Source: Solirubrobacterales bacterium (GTDB lineage: Bacteria; Actinomycetota; Thermoleophilia; Solirubrobacterales; 70-9). Taken from it: DNA of 58,275 bases. A model generated the notes under the pieces. The model was not told where the DNA came from and did no database searches. It saw only the letters and a list, made by a program, of their open reading frames with translations. A program made the translations under genes and the position numbers. Location of the stretch: positions 1 to 58,275 of the forward strand of contig DASUNU010000088.1 in NCBI GenBank assembly GCA_036276995.1, written 5' to 3'. Of the stretch, positions 45,034 to 54,506 are shown one piece after another. Position 1 is the first letter of the stretch. Each line of letters opens with the position of its first letter.

Positions 45034-47015
45034 GCGCCGCCCCCGAGCCGCTCTGGCGCCCCTCCGCCGAGCTGATCGAGAACGCCCGCCTGACCGAGTT
45101 CAGGCGCTGGCTCGAGGCCGAGCGGGGACTCGAGCTCGCGGACTACGAGGCGCTCTGGCAGTGGTCGGTTGACGACCTCGAGGGGTTCTGGGGTGCGATC
45201 TGGGACTTCTTCGGGGTCCAGGCCGACGGCGAGCGCGGCGCCGTCCTCGGCAGCCGCGAGATGCCCGGGGCCGAGTGGTTCCCCGGCACCCGGCTCAACT
45301 ACGCCGAGCACGTCTTCGCCGGCAAGGACGACGCCGAGACCGCGATCCTGCACGCCTCCGAGCTGCGCGAGCTGGACGCGATCACCTGGGGCGAGCTGCG
45401 GGCCCAGGCCGCTGCCTGCGCGGCGGCCCTGCGCGGGCTCGGGGTCGGGCCCGGCGACCGCGTCGTCGCCTACCTGCCGAACGTCCCCGAGGCGATCGCC
45501 GCCTTCCTCGCCAGCGCCTCGATCGGCGCCGTCTGGTCGAGCTGCTCGCCCGACTTCGGCCCGGCCTCGGTGGTCGACCGCTTCGCCCAGATCGAGCCCA
45601 AGATCCTGTTCGCGGTCGACGGCTACCGCTACGGCGGTAAGGACTTCGACCGCCGCCAGACCGTCGCCGCCCTGCAGGAGGCGATGCCGAGCCTGGAGCG
45701 GACCGTCGTCCTCCCCTACCTCGACCCCGCGCCCGACCTCTCTCCCCTGCGCGACGCCGGCACCTGGGCCGAGCTGCTGGCCGATGGCGAGGGCGCCGAG
45801 CTCGAGTTCGAGCGCCTCCCCTTCGACCACCCGCTCTGGGTCCTCTACTCCTCCGGCACCACGGGGCTGCCGAAGGCAATCGTCCAGGGCCAGGGCGGGA
45901 TCCTGCTCGAGCACCTGAAGAAGCTCCACCTCCATGTCGACGCCCACCCCGGCGACCGGCTCTTCTGGTTCACCACGACCGGCTGGATGATGTGGAACTT
46001 CCTCGTCTCCGGGCTACTGACCAGGGCCGCGATCGTGCTCTACGACGGCAACCCGGGCTCACCCGACATGGGCGTGCTCTGGGACCTGGCGGAGCGCGCC
46101 AAAGTGACGATGTTCGGCACCAGCGCCGCCTACATCGCCGCCTGCATGAAGGCCGGGGTCGAGCCCGGCGCCGGCCGCGACCTGAGCCGGCTCAAGGCCG
46201 TGGGCTCGACCGGCTCGCCGCTCTCACCCGAGGGCTTCGACTGGATCTACGAGCACCTCGGCGCCGACACCTGGCTGTTCTCGACCAGCGGCGGCACCGA
46301 CCTCTGCACCGCCTTCGTCGGCGGCGTCTCGCTGCTGCCGGTCTACCGCGGCGAGCTGCAGGGGCGGGCGCTGGGGGCCGCGGTCGAGGCCTGGGACGAA
46401 GAGGGGAAGGCCGTGGTCGGCGAGGTCGGCGAGCTGGTCGTGACCGAGCCGATGCCCTCGATGCCGATCTACTTCTGGGGGGACGAGGACGGCAGCCGCT
46501 ACCGCGAGAGCTACTTCGAGATGTTCCCCGGCGTCTGGCGCCACGGCGACTGGATCGAGATCACCGCGCGCGGCACCGCGATCATCTACGGCCGCTCCGA
46601 CTCGACGATAAACCGCGGCGGCATCCGCATGGGCACGAGCGAGATCTACCGCGCCGTGCTCGACCTCGACGCCGTCCTCGACGCGCTCGTCGTCGACCTG
46701 CCCCGCCCCGGCACCGACGGCTGGATGCCGCTCTTCGTCGTGCTGCGCGAGGACGCCGAGCTCAACGAAGAGCTGACCCAGGAGATCGCGCGGCTGGTGC
46801 GCGAACGCTGCTCGCCGCGCCACGTCCCCGACCAGGTCTTCCAGATCGCGGAGGTGCCGCGCACGCTCAGCGGCAAGGTGCTGGAGGTGCCGGTGAAGCG
46901 GATCCTGATGGGGACCCCGGCCGAGCAGGCGGCCAGCCGCGACTCGCTCGCCAACCCCGCCGCGCTCGACTACTTCACGGCGATGGCAGCACGGTCAGAG
47001 TCCGCGCCGAGGTGA
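45030..47015 (+). CDS. Acetoacetate--CoA ligase (acetoacetyl-CoA synthetase)
   Basis: 661 aa. The N-terminus LWRPS...ENARLTEFRRWLE...DYEALWQWSVDDLEGFWGAIWDFF is typical of AacS. AMP-binding YSSGTTGLPK. GTGA overlap with the MBL gene. Confidence 0.9.
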   Translation: MSAAPEPLWRPSAELIENARLTEFRRWLEAERGLELADYEALWQWSVDDLEGFWGAIWDFFGVQADGERGAVLGSREMPGAEWFPGTRLNYAEHVFAGKDDAETAILHASELRELDAITWGELRAQAAACAAALRGLGVGPGDRVVAYLPNVPEAIAAFLASASIGAVWSSCSPDFGPASVVDRFAQIEPKILFAVDGYRYGGKDFDRRQTVAALQEAMPSLERTVVLPYLDPAPDLSPLRDAGTWAELLADGEGAELEFERLPFDHPLWVLYSSGTTGLPKAIVQGQGGILLEHLKKLHLHVDAHPGDRLFWFTTTGWMMWNFLVSGLLTRAAIVLYDGNPGSPDMGVLWDLAERAKVTMFGTSAAYIAACMKAGVEPGAGRDLSRLKAVGSTGSPLSPEGFDWIYEHLGADTWLFSTSGGTDLCTAFVGGVSLLPVYRGELQGRALGAAVEAWDEEGKAVVGEVGELVVTEPMPSMPIYFWGDEDGSRYRESYFEMFPGVWRHGDWIEITARGTAIIYGRSDSTINRGGIRMGTSEIYRAVLDLDAVLDALVVDLPRPGTDGWMPLFVVLREDAELNEELTQEIARLVRERCSPRHVPDQVFQIAEVPRTLSGKVLEVPVKRILMGTPAEQAASRDSLANPAALDYFTAMAARSESAPR

Positions 47016-48375
47016 AGAACTCGCGGGCGGCGCGGCCCTGCTCGCGCGGCCCGAAGCCGGAGAGCCCCTCGCCCCCGAACGGCGCGTAGTAGTCGACCCC
47101 GGGGGTCGGCGCGTTGACCCGGCGCAGCCCACAGCGCAGCCGGGCGGCGACGGCCCGGGCGCGGCCGAGATCGCGTCCGTGGACGGCGCCGACCAGGCCG
47201 TAGGGGGTCGAGTTGGCGGCGGCCAGCGCCTCCTCCTCGTCCCCGGCCCGCAGCAGGGTGAGCAGCGGGCCGAAGGTCTCGAGCTGGTTGACCGCGGCGC
47301 CCGGGTCGTCCTCCGCCAGCAGCGTCGGGGCGACGAAGTGGCCGGCCCCCTCCTCGCCGCGCAGCTCGGCCGGGACCTCGGCCCGGGCCAGCTCGGTGGC
47401 GCCGGCGGCGAGCGCGGCCGCGACCCGCTGCTCGAACTCGTCGACCGCCTTGGCGTCGATCAGCGGTCCGGCGGCGACGCCGTCGGAGTCCGGGCGCCCG
47501 ACCGCGAGGGCGCCCACCCGCTCGACCAGGGCCTCCCGCAGCGGCTCGGCGACCTCGCCGACCGCGATCGCCCGCCGGGTCGCCGTGCACTTCTGGCCGG
47601 CGTAGCCCATCGCCCCGGCGACGATCGCCGCGGCGGCCGCCCCGGGGTCGGCGTCGGGCAGCACGATCGCCGGGTTCTGGCCGCCCATCTCGCACTGCGC
47701 GGGGGCGGCGCGGGAGGCCATCCGCGCCGCCACCGCGAGCCCGACCTCGGTCGAGCCGGTGAAGGTGACCGCCGCCACCCGCTCGTCGTCGAGCAGCGCG
47801 GCGGCGCGGGCGCCGGAGAGCGGCGCTACGCCGAGCACGCCGTCCGGCAGCGCCGCGGCCGCCGCCTCGGCGATCAGCTCGCCGACCGCGAGCGCCGGGG
47901 TCGCCGGCTTGAGCAGGACGACGTTGCCGTAGGCCAGCGCCGGCGCCGCCTTCCAGAGCGGGATCGCCAGCGGGAAGTTCCAGGGGCAGATCGCCAGCAC
48001 CGCGCCCAGCGGCTCGCGCGTGACCACGACCTCGGCCCCGGGCGCCGAGCCGGGGAAGGTCTCCCCCGCCGGCCCCAGCGCCGCCTGCGCGTGGTAGCGG
48101 AGGATCGCCACCGCGCGCTCGACCTCGGCGGCCGCTTCGGCCCGCGGCTTGCCGACCTCGCGCACCATCAGCTCGGCGAAGGGCTCGGTGCGGGCGGCGA
48201 CCGCGTCGGCAAACGCCCCCAGGGAGGCGGCGCGCCGGGGGGAATCGGCACGCCAGCTCTCCCAGGCGGCGATCGCGGCATCGAGCTGGGCCGAGACCTC
48301 GGCTTCGCTCCTCTCCTCCGCCGCGAAGACGACCTGCTCGGGCGCGGAAGGGTCGTGGCTGCTCAGCGTCGCCAT
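46975..48375 (-). CDS. Aldehyde dehydrogenase family protein
   Basis: CPWNFPL, CEMGGQNP, GQKCTATRR and PFGGEGLSGFG. Its 3' end overlaps the convergent aacS by 41 nt. Confidence 0.85.
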   Translation of the reverse strand: MATLSSHDPSAPEQVVFAAEERSEAEVSAQLDAAIAAWESWRADSPRRAASLGAFADAVAARTEPFAELMVREVGKPRAEAAAEVERAVAILRYHAQAALGPAGETFPGSAPGAEVVVTREPLGAVLAICPWNFPLAIPLWKAAPALAYGNVVLLKPATPALAVGELIAEAAAAALPDGVLGVAPLSGARAAALLDDERVAAVTFTGSTEVGLAVAARMASRAAPAQCEMGGQNPAIVLPDADPGAAAAAIVAGAMGYAGQKCTATRRAIAVGEVAEPLREALVERVGALAVGRPDSDGVAAGPLIDAKAVDEFEQRVAAALAAGATELARAEVPAELRGEEGAGHFVAPTLLAEDDPGAAVNQLETFGPLLTLLRAGDEEEALAAANSTPYGLVGAVHGRDLGRARAVAARLRCGLRRVNAPTPGVDYYAPFGGEGLSGFGPREQGRAAREFFTSARTLTVLPSP

Positions 48376-48381
48376 GCGACC

Positions 48382-49131
48382 TCAGCCGGTGGCGGCCGCC
48401 GGCGCCGGGTGGGTGCCGGCGAACGGGGCCGAGTCGGAGACGACCTTGCCGTCGCGCATCTCGATCACCCGGCTGGCCGACTCGGCCACGGAGGCGTCGT
48501 GGGTGGCGACCACGGTGGTCATCCCGCGCTCGTGGTTGAGCTCGGCCAGCAGCTCGACGATCGCCGCCCCGTTCTTGCGGTCGAGGTTGGCGGTCGGCTC
48601 GTCGGCCAGCAGCAGCTGCGGCCGCCCGATCAGCGCCCGCGCCACGGCGACGCGCTGCTGCTCGCCGCCGGACATCTTCGCCGGCGTGTGGTCCATGCGG
48701 GCGCCGAGCCCGACCCGCTCCAGCAGCGCCTGCGCCTCGGCCCGGGTCTGGGCCGCGTCGGTCGCCTCGAACATCAACGGCAGCTCGACGTTCTCGACCG
48801 CGTTCAGCAGCGGGATCAGGTTGTAGCTCTGGAAGATGAAGCCGACCGATTTGTGCCGCATCAGCGAGAGCTGGCTCTCGGTCAACCCGGTCAGCGACTG
48901 GCCCTGGAGCACGATCTCGCCCTTGGTCGGGCGCTCGAGCCCGCCGGTCAGGTGCAGCAGCGTCGACTTGCCGCTGCCGCTCGGTCCCATCACGCAGACG
49001 AACTCGCCCGGGCGGATCCGGACCGAGACCCCGCGCAGCGCTTTCACCACCTCGTCGCCGAGCTGGAACAGCTTCCAGAGGTCTTCGGTGCGCACGACGT
49101 CGTCGTCGCGGCCGGGGCCAGTGGCGTTCAT
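48382..49131 (-). CDS. ABC transporter ATP-binding protein (MacB/LolD/FtsE-like)
   Basis: GPSGSGKSTLL, MSGGEQQRVAVARAL, LLLADEPTANLD and ATHD. Confidence 0.9.
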   Translation of the reverse strand: MNATGPGRDDDVVRTEDLWKLFQLGDEVVKALRGVSVRIRPGEFVCVMGPSGSGKSTLLHLTGGLERPTKGEIVLQGQSLTGLTESQLSLMRHKSVGFIFQSYNLIPLLNAVENVELPLMFEATDAAQTRAEAQALLERVGLGARMDHTPAKMSGGEQQRVAVARALIGRPQLLLADEPTANLDRKNGAAIVELLAELNHERGMTTVVATHDASVAESASRVIEMRDGKVVSDSAPFAGTHPAPAAATG

Positions 49132-49165
49132 CGGCTTCGCTCCTTTCGTGGGTTGTGCGTCGGAA

Positions 49166-49717
49166 TCACCATGAGTGGGAGAGCGCCTCCACCGCGGGGG
49201 CGCGAATCGCTTTACGGGCCGGGGCGATCCCGGCGACGGCGGCGACCAGGGTCGAGACGGCGACCGTGATCAGGGCCGCCCGCAGTGCCTCGTCGGCCTC
49301 CGGCATCGGCCCGAAGACGGAGATCGCGAGCCCGAGCAGGCAGCCGAGGACGCCGCCGACCAGGCCGTAGAGCACGGCCTCGAAGGCGAAGACGAGGAAG
49401 ATGTCGCGGTCGGAGATGCCGGAGGCCTTGAGCACGCCGATCTCGTGCATCCGCTGCAGCACCACCCGGGTCATCAGCACCCCGACCTGCAGCGCCCCGA
49501 CCGCGATCGCGACCAGGGCCAGTGAGAGCGTCGCCCGCTCGACCAGGCCGGCGTCGATGCCGCCGACCGAGAGCGCGTCGGCCTGGGCCCGCACGGTGCC
49601 GCTCTGGGCCAGCACGAAGAAGGTCAGCGCCGCCGCCACGGCGGCCGAGAAAGAGCGCAGCAGCGCCTGGCCGCGGGCGCGCGAGACCATCCGCAGGGCG
49701 TAGCGCAGCGAGCGCAT
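49166..49717 (-). CDS. FtsX-like ABC permease (short, minimal extracytoplasmic loop)
   Basis: 183 aa. TM1, a short loop, then the FtsX domain (EIGVLKASGISDRDIFLVFAFEAVLYGLVGGVLG...). Confidence 0.7.
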   Translation of the reverse strand: MRSLRYALRMVSRARGQALLRSFSAAVAAALTFFVLAQSGTVRAQADALSVGGIDAGLVERATLSLALVAIAVGALQVGVLMTRVVLQRMHEIGVLKASGISDRDIFLVFAFEAVLYGLVGGVLGCLLGLAISVFGPMPEADEALRAALITVAVSTLVAAVAGIAPARKAIRAPAVEALSHSW

Positions 49718-50625
49718 CAGGGCGAGCTCCTCAGCAGTTCCAGGGGGCTGCGCTGGAGCAGGCGCCAGGCCGGGATCAGGGCCCCGGCGATGAGCATGAT
49801 CGGGAAGTAGACGGAGACCAGGGCGACCGCCTGGAAGACGGTGCCGACGGCGAATATTCCCGGCATCAGCAGCGCGAACATCAGGCCCCCAAACAAGACC
49901 CCGCCGAGCAGACCGACGCCGATCAGCAACGCCGACTCGACCAGGAACAGGTAGAGCACGTCGTCGGTGATCCCGACCGCGGCGAGGATCCCGAACTCGC
50001 GCCGGCGCTCGTCGATCGAGATCAGCAGCGAGCTCAGCACTGAGAAGAAGCCGAGCGCCAGCGTCACCCGCCCGACCACGCCGAGCACGCTGGCCGCGAC
50101 CTCGTTCACCTGCACCGCCTCGAACTGCTGGGTGAAGGTGTAGACGCCGAAGCGATCGGTGTTGACGGTGACCAGGTAGGCGAGCGCGCTGTCGCCGGGT
50201 TTGGCCTGGACCCGCGAGGGGTCGCTGCTTACCGTTAATCCCTGAGCGGCAAGCGCTTCGCCGGTCTGGCGCGGGTCGCTGGAGCTGATCTGCAGCGTCC
50301 CTTCGCCGGAGCCGGTGACAGGGGTCACCGCAGTCACCGCCGGCAGCGCTTCGGCCTCCGCCTGCAGCCCGCCGGGCAGGGCGCCGTCGGCCTTGATCAA
50401 GCCCTTGTCGCGGTCGACGGTGACGCCCTTGGCGGGCACGACCCAGATATCGGCGTTGCCGATCGCGTCCTCGACCGCGGCCGAGCCGGAGCTCTGGAAG
50501 GCGACCGAGAGCGCGTAGACGAAGACGACGGCGCCGACCGAGAGCGAGAGCGAGCCGGCGGTGAGCGCGGCCCGCAGCCGCTGGCGGCGCCAGTTGGCGA
50601 GGGCGAGCTTGACCAGCTTCGGCAC
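49717..50625 (-). CDS. FtsX-like ABC permease (with about 130-aa extracytoplasmic domain)
   Basis: The N-terminus LALANWRRQRLRAALTAGSLSLSVGAV is typical of MacB-type permeases. C-terminal REFGILAAVGITDDVLYLFLVESALL. Confidence 0.75.
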   Translation of the reverse strand: MPKLVKLALANWRRQRLRAALTAGSLSLSVGAVVFVYALSVAFQSSGSAAVEDAIGNADIWVVPAKGVTVDRDKGLIKADGALPGGLQAEAEALPAVTAVTPVTGSGEGTLQISSSDPRQTGEALAAQGLTVSSDPSRVQAKPGDSALAYLVTVNTDRFGVYTFTQQFEAVQVNEVAASVLGVVGRVTLALGFFSVLSSLLISIDERRREFGILAAVGITDDVLYLFLVESALLIGVGLLGGVLFGGLMFALLMPGIFAVGTVFQAVALVSVYFPIMLIAGALIPAWRLLQRSPLELLRSSP

Positions 50626-51351
50626 TTAGCCCGCCACCAGGTCTGCCCAGCCGAGGTTGGGGTCGAGGCCGCCGCTCTCCTGCAGCAGCAGCAGCCGGCC
50701 GGTGTTGACCAGGTGCTCCTTCATCGCGGTCGCCGCCGCCACCGCATCGCCGGCTTCGATCGCCTCGATCACCGCGGTGTGCTCGGCGACGATCTCCGGC
50801 AGCTCGCGCGAGCGCCCGACCGTGGAGACGCCGCGGGTGAGCACGAGGTCGCGCAGCGAGTCGACGTAGGCGGCGAGGCGGCTGTTGCCGGAGGCTTCGT
50901 TGATCAGCTCGTGGAAACGGCGGTCGTGGCGCATCATCGTCACCTCGTCGTCGGCGCCAGCGGCGGCCTCCATCGCGGCCAGCTCCGCCTTCAGGGCCTC
51001 GACCAGCTCCCCGTCGTTCGAGTTTTCGACCGCGCGGTGGGTCGCCGGCACCTCCAGCAGCAGTCGCAGAGCGACGATTTCCTCGAGGTCGTGGACCGAG
51101 GTCTGAAGGATCCGCACGCCGCGGTTGCGCTCGAACTTGACCACGCCCTGGCCGGCGAGGTCGATCAGCGCCTCGCGCACCGGCGTCCGCGAGACCCCGA
51201 AGGCGGTGGCCAGCGTCTGCACCGAGTGCAGCGAGCCGGGCTGCAGCCGGCCCTCGACGATCGCGCCGAGGATCGACTCGCGCGCCTGGTCGGTGATGCT
51301 GCGGTCGGCCTTGATCTCGGCCAGCACGTTCTCCTTCGACTCCTCGGTCAC
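50626..51351 (-). CDS. GntR-family (FadR-type C-terminal domain) transcriptional regulator
   Basis: wHTH LHSVQTLATAFGVSRTPVREALIDLAGQGVV plus an all-helical FCD-like C-terminus. GTG at 51351 forms a GTGA overlap with the upstream stop. Confidence 0.85.
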   Translation of the reverse strand: MTEESKENVLAEIKADRSITDQARESILGAIVEGRLQPGSLHSVQTLATAFGVSRTPVREALIDLAGQGVVKFERNRGVRILQTSVHDLEEIVALRLLLEVPATHRAVENSNDGELVEALKAELAAMEAAAGADDEVTMMRHDRRFHELINEASGNSRLAAYVDSLRDLVLTRGVSTVGRSRELPEIVAEHTAVIEAIEAGDAVAAATAMKEHLVNTGRLLLLQESGGLDPNLGWADLVAG

Positions 51352-52355
51352 ATCGCCTCCGTCTTCTCGAGCTCTTCGACGAGCACCCGCTCCCTGCATT
51401 CGGCCGAGCGATACGCCGCCTCTATCAGGGCAACGGTTTCACGCCCCGCGGTCGCCCCGACCGGGGGCTCGTCGCCCCGCTCGAAGGCCAGCAGGCTCTG
51501 CTGGACCGAGTCGCGCACCGACTCCGCCCAGCTGCCGGCAACCGGGTCGTCCGCCCAGGCCCCGCCGAGCCGGGTCCGCAGCGGCGCGACCCCGCGCAAG
51601 TCACCCTCGAAGAACGCCTCGCAGCCGGCGACAGCGGCTAGGCCCTCGCTGCCGACGACGTCGAGGCGATCATCGAAGGTGCCCTCGGGACAGTGGTAGG
51701 AGCCCTGCGCGACGCCCAGGGCGCCGCTCGCGAACTCCATCGTCACCGAGAAGCTCTCCTCGTCCCGCGGCCGGTCCATGGTCGCGGTCACAGCACGCAC
51801 CGCGCCGCCGAGGGCCCGCAGGCAGTAGATCCGGTGGACGCCGGCGTCCATCAGCAGGCCGCCGCCGACCGTCTCCGGGTCGGTGCGCCAGCCGCCGTAG
51901 CGGCCGCCGATCCAGAGGCGCGCGTAGATCCCCTGGATCTCGCCGATCGCGCCGTTCGCGATCAGCTCGCGCAGGCGCCGGTGCGGCCCGTAGAAGAGCT
52001 GGTTGTGGGAGATCGCGACGCGCCGCCCGGCCGCCGCGGCGGCGGCGATGATCGCGTCGCAACCCTCGAGGTCGAGCGCCAGCGGCTTCTCCAGCAGCAC
52101 GTCGCAGCCGGCGGCCAGCGCCGCCTCGGCGACGCCGCGGTGCAGCGAGTGCGGCAGGCAGACGTCGACCGCGTCGAGCTCCTCCTCGGCCAGCATCCGC
52201 TCGACGCTGGTGTGGACGGCGGCGGCACCGGCGTCGCGCCGGGCCAACTCCTCGTCGAGGTCGCAGACCGCGGCCAGCTCGAGGTCGGGGCAGGAGCGGA
52301 TCGCCGCCAGATGGTGCTGGCCGATCTCGCCCAGGCCGCAGAGACCGACCCTCAT
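51348..52355 (-). CDS. Gfo/Idh/MocA-family oxidoreductase
   Basis: The N-terminal Rossmann MRVGLCGLGEIGQHH and the EKPLA motif are present. Confidence 0.85.
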   Translation of the reverse strand: MRVGLCGLGEIGQHHLAAIRSCPDLELAAVCDLDEELARRDAGAAAVHTSVERMLAEEELDAVDVCLPHSLHRGVAEAALAAGCDVLLEKPLALDLEGCDAIIAAAAAAGRRVAISHNQLFYGPHRRLRELIANGAIGEIQGIYARLWIGGRYGGWRTDPETVGGGLLMDAGVHRIYCLRALGGAVRAVTATMDRPRDEESFSVTMEFASGALGVAQGSYHCPEGTFDDRLDVVGSEGLAAVAGCEAFFEGDLRGVAPLRTRLGGAWADDPVAGSWAESVRDSVQQSLLAFERGDEPPVGATAGRETVALIEAAYRSAECRERVLVEELEKTEAM

Positions 52356-53158
52356 ACCAGCGCCCCCTGGCGCCCGAACAGGGCCTTGACCTGGCTCGCG
52401 GCCAGCGCCGCGGCCGCTTCCGGGTCGGAGCCGAGCACCTGCTCGTAGTAGCGGTATGCCTCGAACTCGACCGCCATCGCGCCCTCGTAGCCGATCTCGT
52501 CGAGCGCCGCCAGCAGCGCCGCCCAGGGCACCCGGCCCTCGCCGAGCAGGCAGAAGTGGAAGTCCTCGCCGTCCATCCCCGGCCGCCCGAAGGCGTCCTT
52601 GAGGTGGACGTTGACGATCCGCTCGCCCCAGCGCCGGACCAGGGCGGGGATGTCGTCCTCGCTGAGCACGAAGTGGCTGGGGTCGAAGGTGATCGAGACC
52701 GGGACGGCGGAGAGCACCCGCTCGGCGGTGGCAGCGTCGTGGGCCAGCGTCCCCCAGCAGGGCTCGAACCCGATCTTCACCCCGAGCCGCTCGCCGCGCT
52801 CGCAGAGCGTCTCCAGCGCCTTCAGCGCGGTCGCCCAGGCTTCGACGTCGTAGCGCCGCTCGGCGCCCGGCTCCCAGAGGTTCGGCCCGGTCAGCACGTC
52901 AACCACCGGGATCCCCGCCGCGGCGGCGGCCTCGACCGCGGCCAGGCTGCGCTCCAGCGCCGCGTAGCCGCCGCTGACCAGGTCCTGCTGGCAGGCCAGG
53001 GCCGAGGCCGGCAGGCGCGGCTCGCCCAGCTCCTCGAGGTGCTCCAGCGTCCACTCGACCGCGTCGTAGCCGCAGGCCGCCAGCGAGGCGGCGACCTCGG
53101 CGGCCGGCATCCGCTCGTAGTCGAGCGCGGCGATGAAGGAGAGTCGGCGCCCGCTCAC
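52352..53158 (-). CDS. Sugar phosphate isomerase/epimerase (xylose isomerase-like TIM barrel)
   Basis: The 268-aa real part starts at GTG 53158 (GTGA overlap). FEPCWG, DPSHF, HLKD and AVEFE metal-site-like motifs are present. The rest of the 657-aa track ORF is junk. Confidence 0.8.
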   Translation of the reverse strand: MSGRRLSFIAALDYERMPAAEVAASLAACGYDAVEWTLEHLEELGEPRLPASALACQQDLVSGGYAALERSLAAVEAAAAAGIPVVDVLTGPNLWEPGAERRYDVEAWATALKALETLCERGERLGVKIGFEPCWGTLAHDAATAERVLSAVPVSITFDPSHFVLSEDDIPALVRRWGERIVNVHLKDAFGRPGMDGEDFHFCLLGEGRVPWAALLAALDEIGYEGAMAVEFEAYRYYEQVLGSDPEAAAALAASQVKALFGRQGALV

Positions 53159-54498
53159 AGGGTTGCCTCGACTTCGGCCAGCGACTTGGCGAACAGCTCG
53201 GCGATCTCGACGATCTCGTCTTCGCCGACGTTGACCGCCGGCTTGAACTTGACCACGTTGCCGTTGGAGCCGAAGACCGGGCCGGTCTTGCCGATCATCA
53301 GCCCGTTCTCCAGGCAGGCCGCCATCAGCGCGTCGGTCTCGGCGAAGGCCTCCTCCTTGGTCTCGCGGTCGCGGACCAGCTCGACCCCGACCATCAGCCC
53401 CTGGGCGCGGATGTCGCCGATCAGCTTCGAGTCCTGCTCCAGCTCGCGCAGGCGCTCGACCAGCAGCGCCCCCATCCGTTCGGAGTTGCCAGGCAGGTCG
53501 TCGCGGACCATCACTTCGAGCATCGCCAGCGCGGCGGCGCAGGCGACCGGGTTGCCGGCCTGGGTGAAGCCGTACTCCCAGGGCAGCAGGTCGGAGTACT
53601 CCTCGGTCGCGATCGTCGCCGAGAGCGGCAACCCGCCGCCGAGCGCCTTGCCGAGCACGATCATCTCGGGCTCGATCCCGGAGATTTCGCTGGCGAACAT
53701 CGGCCCGCAGCGGCAGAGCGCGCCCTGGACCTCGTCGACGATCAGCGGCACCTCGTGGCTCTGGGCGATCTCGTGGACCCGCTCCAGGTAGCCGTCCGGA
53801 GCCGGGACCATGCCGCCGTTGGCCTGGAAGGGCTCGACGATCACCCCGGCCGGGCCGTTGGTGTGCGCTTTCTGCAGGGCGAAGTCGACGTACTCGGCGC
53901 AGGCCAGGCCGCAGTCGTCGGGCTTCAGCTTCAGCGGGCAGCGGTAGCAGTTGTAGGTCGGCACCCGCATCTGCCGCGGCAGGTAGCGGTCCAGTCCCTT
54001 GTTCGAGCCCTCGACCATCCCCGGGTCGACGTAGGTGAGCCCGATCGTGGCGAAGGTGCGGCCGTGGAAGGCGGCGTCGAGGCAGACGAAATCGGTGCCG
54101 CCGGTCGCCCGCATCGCCAGGTGCAGCGCCCCCTCCACCGCGCCCGCGCCGGAGAGCGCGTAGAGGACTTTCGAGAGGCGCCCCGGGGCGAGCTCCGACA
54201 GGCGGGAGGCGAGCTCGGTCCGGGGGGCGCTCTCGAAAACGGGCGAGACGTAGTCGATCGTGTCCAACTGGTCCACGATCGCCTGCTTCACCTCGGGGTT
54301 GCGGAAGCCGAGGTTGAGGACCCACTCGGCCGAGATCGCGTCGACGTACTCCTTGCCGGCGGCGTCGCGGACGCGCGTGCCCTCACCCTCGATCAGCCCC
54401 AGGTCGACGTCGCCCATGCACTTGAGCACGTGGGCGTCGGACTGTTCGCGCAGTCGGCGGGCGCGATCAGCGTCGGCTTGTGGCTGTCCCTCGGTCAT
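53155..54498 (-). CDS. Class III (omega-type) PLP-dependent aminotransferase
   Basis: SGAGAVEGALHLA, VDEVQGALCRCG and LGKALGGGLPLSA (PLP-Lys context). Start taken at MTEGQPQ (54498). Confidence 0.85.
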   Translation of the reverse strand: MTEGQPQADADRARRLREQSDAHVLKCMGDVDLGLIEGEGTRVRDAAGKEYVDAISAEWVLNLGFRNPEVKQAIVDQLDTIDYVSPVFESAPRTELASRLSELAPGRLSKVLYALSGAGAVEGALHLAMRATGGTDFVCLDAAFHGRTFATIGLTYVDPGMVEGSNKGLDRYLPRQMRVPTYNCYRCPLKLKPDDCGLACAEYVDFALQKAHTNGPAGVIVEPFQANGGMVPAPDGYLERVHEIAQSHEVPLIVDEVQGALCRCGPMFASEISGIEPEMIVLGKALGGGLPLSATIATEEYSDLLPWEYGFTQAGNPVACAAALAMLEVMVRDDLPGNSERMGALLVERLRELEQDSKLIGDIRAQGLMVGVELVRDRETKEEAFAETDALMAACLENGLMIGKTGPVFGSNGNVVKFKPAVNVGEDEIVEIAELFAKSLAEVEATL

Positions 54499-54506
54499 TC
54501 CGCTGC

